From: Spirochaetes bacterium GWF1_51_8
GTDB taxonomy: Bacteria; Spirochaetota; Brevinematia; Brevinematales; GWF1-51-8
Length of the DNA stretch: 64,000 nucleotides
Assembly: GCA_001829415.1 (NCBI GenBank)
Contig: MIBE01000006.1
Span: forward strand, 52,300 to 116,299
Direction: 5' to 3'
Shown: positions 43,376-51,675 of the stretch, piece after piece
Layout: the number at the start of each line of letters is the position of its first letter
How positions within the stretch are numbered: position 1 is the first letter of the stretch
Notes under the pieces: generated by a model
Database searches by the model: none
Seen by the model: the letters and a program-made list of their open reading frames with translations, nothing else
What the model was told of the DNA's origin: nothing
Position numbers and translations under genes: made by a program

Positions 43376-44923
43376 ATGAAACGAGCGTTATTCAGCGTGT
43401 ATAAGAAGGACGGGATCGAGATTTTCGCGAATTACCTCGCCCGCAGGGGATACGAGATCGTATCGAGCGGCGGGACATATAAATATCTCAAGGATAAGGG
43501 CGTCGAAGTGACCGAGATCAGTACGATCACCGGATTCCCGGAAGTGCTCGGCGGACGGGTGAAGACCCTTCATCCCGCCGTCCATGCCGGAATCCTCGCA
43601 TGCACCGATAATCCCTCGCATATCGCCGACCTCGAGAAGCACAAGATCGAGCCTATCGAGTTCGTGGTCGTCAGCCTTTACCCGTTCGAGGAGACCGCCG
43701 CCGACCCGAAGTCGACCCCGGCGGATATCATCGAACAGATCGATATCGGCGGTGTCACCCTGATCCGCGCGGCGGCGAAAAACTGCCGCTTCGTGAATAT
43801 CGTTGTCGAGAATACCGATTTCGAGATGATTATGGAAGAGATTGACGCGCACGGGAGCACATCGGAGGAAACCCGTCTCGCTCTCACCGCTAAGGCGTTC
43901 GGGCATACCGCGTACTACGACGGTCTGATCTCGAACTGGTATCTTCAGCGCGCGGGGAAGACACTTTTTCCGAAGGAAGGCTCGGTTCCGGTGAAGATGC
44001 TGGATGAGATGCGTTACGGCGAAAACCCGCACCAGGCGGCAGCGCTGTATGTTTCCGGGGTGGAGAAGAACATTTCCATCCCTAACGCGATGGTGCATGG
44101 CGGAAAGAAGCTGTCGTATAACAATATCATGGACGCGGACGCGGCTGTGGATATCCTACGCGAGTTTCAGGGCGGCGACCCGTTCTGCGTCATCATCAAG
44201 CACACCAACCCGTGCGGCGCGTCTGTCGCCGGATCGGTGAAGGAAGCCTACGAACGTGCACTGGCAGCGGACCCGGATTCGGCGTTCGGCGGGATTATCG
44301 GGCTGAACACCACGCTGGACTCCGCGACTGCGGCGATGATCAACGAGCGGTTTTACGAGATCGTGATCGCGACAGGTTACGCACCCGAGGCGCTCGAGAT
44401 ATTGAAGAAGAAACAGAACCTGAGAATTATCGAGATACAGGGTAACGACTGGTCGAAGAAGGGGATGTCCTACCGGCGAATCGAGGGCGGAATGCTTGTG
44501 CAGGGATGGGATCATCCGGGGATGGGCACTGAGAAGTTCGAGACGGTGACCGCTAACGAGCCTAAAGGACTGATGGACGACCTCAAGTTCGCGTGGATCA
44601 TCTGCAAGCATGTCAAGTCCAACGCGATTGTTTACGCGCGCGGCGGTCAGGTGATCGGCGCGGGCGCGGGACAAACCAAACGTGTCGATTCGGCGAGGAT
44701 CGCCGCGATGAAGGCGAAAGAAGCCGGTTTCTCGCTCGAGGGTTCGGTCATGGCGTCGGACGCGTTCTTCCCGTTCCGCGACACTGTGGACAGCGCGGCG
44801 AAGGACGGAGTGAAGGCGATCATCCAGCCCGGCGGATCGATGCGTGACCGGGAGTCTATCGACGCCGCGAACGATCACGGGATCGCGATGGTGTTTACCG
44901 GCGTGCGCCACTTTAGGCATTAA
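43376..44923 (+). CDS. purH: bifunctional AICAR formyltransferase / IMP cyclohydrolase
   Basis: RALFSVYKKDGI...SSGGTYKYLKDKGV...GGRVKTLHPAVHAGIL, KHTNPCG, and QPGGSMRD...GIAMVFTGVRHFRH at the C-terminus. Confidence 0.97.
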   Translation: MKRALFSVYKKDGIEIFANYLARRGYEIVSSGGTYKYLKDKGVEVTEISTITGFPEVLGGRVKTLHPAVHAGILACTDNPSHIADLEKHKIEPIEFVVVSLYPFEETAADPKSTPADIIEQIDIGGVTLIRAAAKNCRFVNIVVENTDFEMIMEEIDAHGSTSEETRLALTAKAFGHTAYYDGLISNWYLQRAGKTLFPKEGSVPVKMLDEMRYGENPHQAAALYVSGVEKNISIPNAMVHGGKKLSYNNIMDADAAVDILREFQGGDPFCVIIKHTNPCGASVAGSVKEAYERALAADPDSAFGGIIGLNTTLDSATAAMINERFYEIVIATGYAPEALEILKKKQNLRIIEIQGNDWSKKGMSYRRIEGGMLVQGWDHPGMGTEKFETVTANEPKGLMDDLKFAWIICKHVKSNAIVYARGGQVIGAGAGQTKRVDSARIAAMKAKEAGFSLEGSVMASDAFFPFRDTVDSAAKDGVKAIIQPGGSMRDRESIDAANDHGIAMVFTGVRHFRH

Positions 44924-44947
44924 TCGGTTTATCCTCAGGAGCGCGAA

Positions 44948-45259
44948 ATGGATAAGAAAACCTTGATTTCCCTCGGGGAACTGAAAAAACGATATTTACC
45001 GGAAGGATTTTCTATTATCGGGGTTTTCGGTTCATTTGCAAGAGGGCAGGAAACCGAGAAAAGCGATATCGATATCCTTTACGAGGTCGATGAAAAATTC
45101 CTGAATAAATATACCGGTCTGGACGCCTATGTCCGGCTCGATAAAATCAGACTTGAAATCCGGAGGTCAATACACAGGAATATTGATCTTGTGAACAAAA
45201 ACTCTCTCAGAAAGTCCGGTAAGAAAAATATATTGTCGGAAACCGTGTATGTCGAATGA
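44948..45259 (+). CDS. mntA: MNT-type nucleotidyltransferase antitoxin (MntA)
   Basis: GVFGSFARGQETEKSDIDILYEV (GSxxRG...DxD minimal nucleotidyltransferase motif). Overlaps the hepT start. Confidence 0.9.
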   Translation: MDKKTLISLGELKKRYLPEGFSIIGVFGSFARGQETEKSDIDILYEVDEKFLNKYTGLDAYVRLDKIRLEIRRSIHRNIDLVNKNSLRKSGKKNILSETVYVE

Positions 45260-45596
45260 ATCCGATATTGTCAGGCTTCAATTCATTTATGACCTGATCG
45301 ACGATTTGGAGGAAATCCTGGCAAAGTATCGCGATATAAACGAAGCATTCGAGGATGTCGCCGGATACCATGCCCTGACAATGTGCCTGCTTCAAATCGG
45401 GGAGAAAATGGCGAAAATCCAATCTCCTGAGTATAAGAAGCGGCTGCCGGTGAAAAAAATCTACCATTTTAGAAATATTTTAGCGCATGAATATGAGAAC
45501 ATAGATATTCAATTAGCGAAAAGTTTGATACAGAACAGTATGCCCGGATTGAAAAAAGAAATAGAAGAAATTTTATCCAAAGGTAAAAAACAGTGA
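45249..45596 (+). CDS. hepT: HepT (DUF86, HEPN) toxin
   Basis: Rx4HxY HEPN motif in FRNILAHEYENID. 115 aa. 11-nt overlap with mntA. Confidence 0.9.
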   Translation: MSNESDIVRLQFIYDLIDDLEEILAKYRDINEAFEDVAGYHALTMCLLQIGEKMAKIQSPEYKKRLPVKKIYHFRNILAHEYENIDIQLAKSLIQNSMPGLKKEIEEILSKGKKQ

Positions 45597-45700
45597 TACT
45601 GCTCGCGAGTACCATTGGCTTGTGAATTGCTGCGCATGTTGACAAATTCGGTTTATCCTTTAGAATAAATATAGAGAATAAAATCATCAAGGCGGTGAGA

Positions 45701-46981
45701 ATGGGAACAATTAGAAGGAATCCTTACGAAACCCGGATAGTCGTCACCGGATTAGGGACGATCAATCCGCTTGGGAACACAGTGAGGGAATTCTGGGACA
45801 ACCTAAAAATAGGAAAAACAGGAATTCGGTTATCACAAAGATATGCCAAGGAACTCGAGAACTTTCCGGTGAAGATCGCCGGTGAAGTGGATTATCCCGC
45901 GAATATCACGGACTATATCCAGAAGAAAATGCTGAACCGATTCGGGCGTTACGCGATTTTCGCGCATGTCGCCGCCACACAGGCATACAGGGATACCGGT
46001 ATCACTAAAGAAGAGGTCGAGATCGATCCCACACGTTATGGGGCGATCATCGGCACGGGCGAGGCCGGATTGGGTATGCATTGGGACGCGTTCATCAATA
46101 TGCGGGAGTACGGACTGGATCACACCTCGCCGTTTTATGTGGTCGGGGTGATCCCCAACACTCCTCCCGGATACTTCGCTAAAGAAAACAACTTCCAGGG
46201 CCCGAACTTTTCGGTAAACTCGGCCTGCGCCTCCAGCAACCATGCTATCGGCAACGCGGCGATGATGATACGGATGGGGATGGCCGATGTGATGATGGCG
46301 GGCGGGACGGAAGCTGTGGTGATTCTGCCGGGCTTCTCCGGGTTTAACGCGATCTTCGCACTCTCGAGAAGGAGCGATTCTCCCGAGACCGCGAGCCGTC
46401 CGTTCGATAAAGACCGCGACGGGTTCGTGCTTGCCGAGGGATCGGGGATTATCTGCCTCGAAGAGCTCGAACACGCCAAGAAGCGCGGCGCGAAGATTTA
46501 CGCCGAACTGAAGGGCTTCGGATTCTCGTGCGACGCCTACGATCTGGTCGCGCCGCATCCCGACGGAAAGGGCGGAGCGGGTGCTATTCTCAACGCGCTC
46601 GAAGACGCGCAGATCGATAAATCGCAGGTGGAACTGATCAACGCCCACGGGACTTCCACCCAGCTCGGCGACCTGACCGAATCTCGCGGTATCAACAGGG
46701 TTTTCGGCGAGAAGACGATGGACGTCATGGTACAGAGCACGAAGTCGATGACCGGGCACCTGATCGGCGCGGCCGGCGGCATCGAAGCTATCGCGACTAT
46801 CATGGCCTTCGAGGAAGGCGTGATCCACCCGAGTGTGAACGTATTCGAACAGGACCCCGAGATTCACCTGAACGTCGTCAAGAACAGGGCGATTGAGAAG
46901 AAGATCAAGGTCGCGTTATCGAACTCTTTCGGTTTCGGCGGGCAGAACTCGTCGATAGTCCTGACTAGGTACGAGGGGTAA
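45701..46981 (+). CDS. fabF: beta-ketoacyl-ACP synthase II (FabF-like)
   Basis: Active-site Cys in VNSACASSNHAIG, His in INAHGTSTQLGD and KSMTGHLIGAAGG, C-terminal SNSFGFGGQNSSIVL. Confidence 0.92.
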   Translation: MGTIRRNPYETRIVVTGLGTINPLGNTVREFWDNLKIGKTGIRLSQRYAKELENFPVKIAGEVDYPANITDYIQKKMLNRFGRYAIFAHVAATQAYRDTGITKEEVEIDPTRYGAIIGTGEAGLGMHWDAFINMREYGLDHTSPFYVVGVIPNTPPGYFAKENNFQGPNFSVNSACASSNHAIGNAAMMIRMGMADVMMAGGTEAVVILPGFSGFNAIFALSRRSDSPETASRPFDKDRDGFVLAEGSGIICLEELEHAKKRGAKIYAELKGFGFSCDAYDLVAPHPDGKGGAGAILNALEDAQIDKSQVELINAHGTSTQLGDLTESRGINRVFGEKTMDVMVQSTKSMTGHLIGAAGGIEAIATIMAFEEGVIHPSVNVFEQDPEIHLNVVKNRAIEKKIKVALSNSFGFGGQNSSIVLTRYEG

Positions 46982-47639
46982 TTCCCGGGATCGAATGTCC
47001 CTTAGCGCAGAACGATAAAGAAAACACATATCCGTTTTCAATCCGGTATTCGCCGGGATGGAACGCTTTTCCTCGGGGGGTTTCGAAATGGTACTCGACA
47101 GAGCCGTTCGTCTCCCCCGGGAAAACGGATACCCTGTCGAACCAGAACGGCATATCGGTCAGCCGTCTCGTCATTTTGAAAAACGCCTCTTTTAACGAAA
47201 AAACCGTCAGTATTCCGTCGGGGACGGATTTCCAGAACTCTTCCTCAGGATTGAGGATTTGCCCGGCGGCGTCAGCGCTCACAGGGCGTCCCAGTATCTG
47301 GACGTCGACGCCTATCGCGCGGAACTGAGCGGAATCTCCCGCGACCGCGCAGGTCAGCCCGTCGGTATGCGATATGCTCCCGACTGTGCCGTGAGGGAAA
47401 ACCGGCTCACGGAACGGGCCGCGCGGGAGACAGACACCGGGGCCGTATCCCAAACCCGAGAGAGCCTGCCGCGCGCAATAACGTCCGGTAGCGAATTCCT
47501 TACGGCGGGTGTCGTTGGAATCGCGGACAAGCTCGAACTCCTCGGGAAGAAGGGTCTCGTCCCCGAGCAGCATCCCGGTAAAAAAGTAACATATTTTCAA
47601 TTCGGCAAGCCGCGGCGCGGCGGATTTCAAAATGCGCAT
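46965..47639 (-). CDS. 4'-phosphopantetheinyl transferase (Sfp/EntD type)
   Basis: RRKEFATGRYCARQAL, PVFPHGTVGSISHT, IGVDVQ and FSLKEAFFK are the PPTase motifs. Converges on and overlaps the fabF-like gene by 17 nt. Confidence 0.85.
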   Translation of the reverse strand: MRILKSAAPRLAELKICYFFTGMLLGDETLLPEEFELVRDSNDTRRKEFATGRYCARQALSGLGYGPGVCLPRGPFREPVFPHGTVGSISHTDGLTCAVAGDSAQFRAIGVDVQILGRPVSADAAGQILNPEEEFWKSVPDGILTVFSLKEAFFKMTRRLTDMPFWFDRVSVFPGETNGSVEYHFETPRGKAFHPGEYRIENGYVFSLSFCAKGHSIPGITPRT

Positions 47640-47674
47640 ACATGATTATAAAGCATAGTTCGGTTCTGTCAATG

Positions 47675-47700
47675 AAAAAAGCCCCGCCGGATAGCGGGGC
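47675..47700 (-). terminator. rho-independent terminator after 47716..49524
   Basis: GCCCCGC (47681-47687) / GCGGGGC (47694-47700). On the minus strand it is followed by UUUUUU (A-run 47675-47680). Confidence 0.85.
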
Positions 47701-47715
47701 TCGTTCGGAAATCTA

Positions 47716-49524
47716 TCAGTAAATCAGGGTGATATTGGTCGCGGCGATGTAGGTGTTGTTTGTGACGCGCTGTGAAATAATCGTGTCCCCTCCGCCGAAT
47801 TTGCCGTCGCCGTTATTGTCCTCGAACACGTAAATCTTCAGGTTGTAACTTTCCGAATAAGTGTTCCAGTAGTTCGTCATAACGATGTTCCTGACCGGAC
47901 TGTAGAGCTTCGACGTCCCGATACCGAAATAGAGAAGCGGATTGGTATAAGGGGCAATGTCGCCGTTAGTTGAAATACCCGCGACCGTTCTCATCATATT
48001 GAAATTCGTCGAATAGACCGAGAGGTTTGACAGCACAAACGAGTAGGTATAGATCACGTCGATACCGGGATCGGGTGCGGCATTACCGTTCCAGTCACGG
48101 ATCGCGCTCAGGATGATGCTATTCGTGCCGTCGCCGAAAACGTAGGAATTCCATGTATGCGACGGCCCCGCCAATGTTTCATTATTCCAATTATCCTTAT
48201 ACTGGATCAGGAATAACGAACTATCGTCCCCGGCGATACCTGCGGTGACGGAAAACTTTTTCACAAAGAAGTCGGCGGTGTTGGTCGAAACTGAGAAGCC
48301 GTTTTCGATCTGGATGTTGTTCGTATAAGCGACATTGTCCTCGCCGGTGCTCCAGAAACCGTCGCCGTCAGCGTCATGATAAACGATCATCTTCGCGGCG
48401 TTGACATTCACCACGGACGAATTGGTCAGGAGATAGTAAGCGAGTGAATAGTTCCCCGCGGCGATAGGGGCATGGAACACGGCAGAAGTAAAGGCAATGC
48501 GGAAATAGTTCATATCGCCCGCCCCGTTACCGCCGACAGCGCCTTTGAAGAGCTTCGCTTGAAGCGGAATATCGACCGTGTTTGTCAGATTGATCAACCC
48601 GAACTCGGAGACCAGCAGGCAGTTTTCAGCATCGAGGTTGAGCGGATTGGGATTGACAGTATTCCATATCCCGTCGCCGTTCCTGTCGATATAATAGTAC
48701 ACTTTGATTTCATTGCTGATAGCGCCGATAAACGAAATCGTGTAAGATGAATTTTGAAGTATCGACGGAGCGGAGTAGAGCACCGCGAGGGAGTCGTTAT
48801 TGAATACCGCCGCGCCGACCCGGAGGCCGTAGGTATTCCCGGAAATGTTCCCTTTCACGGTGTAGGTTTTTAGTATCGGGATGACGACCGAGATATTCGA
48901 GATGTTGTTCGATACGACATTGACGACAGGCTGACTGCCGGAGACCGGTTCACCGTCGTCGAAAGAGTTATTCCCGTTATCGTCTCTGAACGCGATCAGT
49001 TTCAGGTTGCCGATACCGGATTCCACCGCGATAGAGAAACTTCCATCCGATGTATCCACTGTGCCGAAAAACTCCCGGCTCAGGCTGTCGCCGTAAACCT
49101 TCCATGCCGCGGTATAATTGCTGACGAGCGTGCCTGTGACATACACGAGGAACGCGGACGTACCGTTATTGGTAATAAGAAGGGAAAGCGATAGGGTCTG
49201 CACGGTAGAGCCGAGCGAATCCTTTCCGTTGATCGTAAAAATGAGGTTGCCCAAGCTGACTTCGTTAGTACCGAAGACTACCGACCAGTTCCCGGCGGAA
49301 AGTCCGGCGTTTTTCGTCCCCGCCCCGGAACTGATTGTCACCTGTGCGATACCGGAACCGTATACGCCGGATACGGTAAAGGGAACGGCTATTTCGGAGC
49401 CCTGCGCGGGCGATGTGACTGTCAGGTAGTCCGAAGGCAAAACCCCCGGCCCCGAAGACGAAACCGGTACCGGCGCGCACCCTGCTATCAGAATAAAAAG
49501 CGCGAATAACGAAAAAACTTTCAT
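47716..49524 (-). CDS. lipoprotein with five ~100-aa beta-rich repeats each carrying a D-x-[DN]-G-[DN]-[GN] calcium-loop-like motif (SdrD-B/CnaB-like)
   Basis: ATG 49524 after AAGGAGGA, lipobox LIAGC. Loops FRDDNGNNSFDDGEP, YIDRNGDGIWN, YHDADGDGFWSTGED, IRDWNGNAAPDPG and VFEDNNGDGKFGGGD. Confidence 0.85.
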   Translation of the reverse strand: MKVFSLFALFILIAGCAPVPVSSSGPGVLPSDYLTVTSPAQGSEIAVPFTVSGVYGSGIAQVTISSGAGTKNAGLSAGNWSVVFGTNEVSLGNLIFTINGKDSLGSTVQTLSLSLLITNNGTSAFLVYVTGTLVSNYTAAWKVYGDSLSREFFGTVDTSDGSFSIAVESGIGNLKLIAFRDDNGNNSFDDGEPVSGSQPVVNVVSNNISNISVVIPILKTYTVKGNISGNTYGLRVGAAVFNNDSLAVLYSAPSILQNSSYTISFIGAISNEIKVYYYIDRNGDGIWNTVNPNPLNLDAENCLLVSEFGLINLTNTVDIPLQAKLFKGAVGGNGAGDMNYFRIAFTSAVFHAPIAAGNYSLAYYLLTNSSVVNVNAAKMIVYHDADGDGFWSTGEDNVAYTNNIQIENGFSVSTNTADFFVKKFSVTAGIAGDDSSLFLIQYKDNWNNETLAGPSHTWNSYVFGDGTNSIILSAIRDWNGNAAPDPGIDVIYTYSFVLSNLSVYSTNFNMMRTVAGISTNGDIAPYTNPLLYFGIGTSKLYSPVRNIVMTNYWNTYSESYNLKIYVFEDNNGDGKFGGGDTIISQRVTNNTYIAATNITLIY

Positions 49525-49644
49525 AAAATCCTCCTTAACCTGCAACGATATACTTGCCCCCTTCGAATTAGGTTACAGAAAATTTTTAGCTTGACAAAAG
49601 TTTCTCCTCAAAGTACAATATTTAAAATATTGATGGAGGATAAC

Positions 49645-50115
49645 ATGAAAGGCAACGACAAACTGATTGCGGTGCTGAATTCGCTTCTCGCGGATGAGTT
49701 GACCGCGATAAACCAGTATATGGTTCATTCCGAGATGTGCGACAACTGGGGTTATCTGAAACTGCATAAGGTGATCGAGAAACGCGCGATCGGCGAAATG
49801 AAGCACGCCGAGAAGCTGATCGGGCGTATTCTTTTCCTCGAGGGCTTGCCTGTGGTGAGCGAATTGAAAAAGATCAATATCGGCGCCGATGTAACGAAGA
49901 TGTTTGTCAACGACCATATCGCGGAAGAAGACGCGATCAAGGCCTATAACGACGCGATCATTCTCGCGGGCGAAGTGAAGGATTATGCCACACGCGATAT
50001 CCTCCAGAGCATTCTTGACGACGAAGACGCGCATATCGACGGGATCGAAGAGGTTCAGGATCAGATCGGGCATATGACCCTCCCGATCTTCCTCACCACC
50101 CAGACAAAGGAATAA
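49645..50115 (+). CDS. bfr: bacterioferritin
   Basis: ATG 49645 after GGAGGA. MKGNDKLIAVLNSLLADELTAINQYMVHSEMCDNWGY...GEMKHAEKLIGRILFLEG...DDEDAHIDGIE aligns by eye along its whole length with E. coli Bfr, including the heme Met and the ferroxidase Glu/His. Confidence 0.97.
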   Translation: MKGNDKLIAVLNSLLADELTAINQYMVHSEMCDNWGYLKLHKVIEKRAIGEMKHAEKLIGRILFLEGLPVVSELKKINIGADVTKMFVNDHIAEEDAIKAYNDAIILAGEVKDYATRDILQSILDDEDAHIDGIEEVQDQIGHMTLPIFLTTQTKE

Positions 50116-50121
50116 CAATCG

Positions 50122-50149
50122 AGCCTCGGCGGAAGCCGGGGCTTTTTTT
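50122..50149. terminator. bidirectional rho-independent terminator between bfr and the PIN pair
   Basis: AGCCTCGGC (50122-50130) / GCCGGGGCT (50135-50143), GGAA loop, T-run 50143-50149. Confidence 0.85.
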
Positions 50150-50534
50150 ATTCTGTGGTGATTTGAATTTCAGTAGACAGAAAATTGTTTTTAAGGATTT
50201 CAATTTCTTTTTTACATTGGGATTTTGTAGGAAAGCTCTCACTCGAATAAATGATATCTCCGGTAGAATTCTTTAGTCTAAACTGATACTCGTTATTTTT
50301 ATTTTTAAAAATTTCATATTTTAAAATAGAACTATGTTGAATGTTTTCCGAATACTTCTTAGCCTCATTAAATAATTCTTCCGCGCTTATTCCTTTGAAT
50401 ATATCTTTTCGCCACTCAGTATAATCGAAATTATCTTTTTTAATAAGATTGATAAACTTTTCCGATTCAACCAACCCAAGGTTTTCCCGCAGGACTTTCA
50501 TTCCCTCATATCTGATAACGCTATCGGCTTTCAT
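50148..50534 (-). CDS. PIN-partner protein: short N-terminal antitoxin-like region fused to a YegP/DUF1508-like domain
   Basis: ATG 50534 overlaps the PIN stop (ATGA). N-terminal LGLVESEKFINLIKKDNFDYTEWRKDIF. C-terminal KYEIFKNKNNEYQFRLKNSTGDIIYSSESFPTKSQCKKEIEILKNN fits the YegP repeat pattern. A/T-rich. Confidence 0.75.
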   Translation of the reverse strand: MKADSVIRYEGMKVLRENLGLVESEKFINLIKKDNFDYTEWRKDIFKGISAEELFNEAKKYSENIQHSSILKYEIFKNKNNEYQFRLKNSTGDIIYSSESFPTKSQCKKEIEILKNNFLSTEIQITTE

Positions 50535-50980
50535 TTCGCCTCCCACATTAAAACAAAATCTACTGGATTGAATACTTCAATCACTTCAAGATTTTTGCTT
50601 TTTCTTAAAATATCCTTGTCTGTGGTTAAAAAGTATTCGCATTTCGCATAAATCGCACATGCTAAGTGAAGGGAATCTAAAGACTTCATTCTGTTTTTTA
50701 CCTCAATTTCCCTCGCAATGGATTTTATCTCTAATTTCGCAGGAATATACTTTGCAGATAAAAATCTCCAGACACTAATATTATCACGTTTATCGTTGTA
50801 GGGATTTTTAGAGTTTTCGAAATCCAATGCGAAAGACCAAACCAAACTCAGATTCTTCATTCTAATTTGATCCTGAATAGACAGTTTTGCTTCAGATTCA
50901 AGAATTATCGTTTCATTTACTGGATCGTCAAAAGGTCTGTTATAACAGCAATTGTCTAAATATATAAGCAGTTTCTCCAT
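50531..50980 (-). CDS. PIN-domain ribonuclease toxin (VapC-like)
   Basis: Acidic quartet candidates in IYLDNCCYNRPFDD, LESEA, SLDSLHLACAI and FLTTDKDIL. 149 aa. A/T-rich. Confidence 0.85.
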   Translation of the reverse strand: MEKLLIYLDNCCYNRPFDDPVNETIILESEAKLSIQDQIRMKNLSLVWSFALDFENSKNPYNDKRDNISVWRFLSAKYIPAKLEIKSIAREIEVKNRMKSLDSLHLACAIYAKCEYFLTTDKDILRKSKNLEVIEVFNPVDFVLMWEAK

Positions 50981-51046
50981 TCATTCATCCTAATATAAAT
51001 CCTTTGATATTTTAGCACTTTTATTAGAATTCGACAAATATTTAAT

Positions 51047-51076
51047 TAAAAACCGCCCCCATTGCTGAGAGCGGCT
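51047..51076 (-). terminator. weak candidate terminator after the biosynthetic operon
   Basis: Minus strand GCCGC...GCGGU (5 bp including one G-U, 14-nt loop) followed by UUUU. Weak. Confidence 0.3.
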
Positions 51077-51117
51077 ATTATCTACTGATCACTTTTAACT
51101 TGTTACTTTTCACTCAT

Positions 51118-51675
51118 TCATTCGTCCAAGAACATCACCTCGGCGATCGATACCGAGCAGATTTTGCCGTCGGATATAATCTGACTCAATACCGTGCCGA
51201 ACGTGCCGTCGTATTCGAGGCGTTTCGCGATCATCTGCGCGGTCTTACCCGGCAGAAGCTGATCGAGGAACATCGCGCCGAGAACCTTTGTCACAAGAAC
51301 GCTCACCGGTTTCGCGCCGGGGGCGATGTCCGTCCGCTTGTTCACCACAAAGTAGGTGAGGCAGAGACCCAATTGCCCGCCCATTTCGAGCTGGAGCGAT
51401 CCCGGATAGACCGGATGCCCCGGGAAATGCCCCGCGAAAAGCGGCTCGGCCGGATCGATATAACGGGAACCGAAAATCAGTTCCTCGTTCTCGGTCAGGT
51501 CGACACCTTGAAGGCTGTCGACGAGCAGGAACGGGGCGCGGTGCGGGATAATCCGTTCGATAGCGTCACGCCCGTACTCGAGCTTCGCGAAGGAACCGCG
51601 TTCCTTTAACGATTCAATATCCGCGATAGGCTTTTTCCGGTAACGCCGAAGGAGCGTTTCATGAGCTTCATTCAC
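51118..51675 (-). CDS. FabZ/FabA-like 3-hydroxyacyl-ACP dehydratase (hot-dog fold)
   Basis: IIPHRAPFLLVDSL and FAGHFPGHPVYPGSLQLEMGGQL are the FabZ catalytic His/Glu motifs. Overlaps the AOS stop by 8 nt. Confidence 0.88.
   Translation of the reverse strand: MNEAHETLLRRYRKKPIADIESLKERGSFAKLEYGRDAIERIIPHRAPFLLVDSLQGVDLTENEELIFGSRYIDPAEPLFAGHFPGHPVYPGSLQLEMGGQLGLCLTYFVVNKRTDIAPGAKPVSVLVTKVLGAMFLDQLLPGKTAQMIAKRLEYDGTFGTVLSQIISDGKICSVSIAEVMFLDE

Noticed and set aside
45597-45640. CTCGCGAGTACCATTGGC after hepT and GCGCGAGTACCGATGGG at 25603-25619 as extra degenerate copies of the structured repeat
   Set aside because: Only the ACCATTGG-type octamer is shared and the nested hairpin is absent. I could not exclude chance, so they are not counted as copies.
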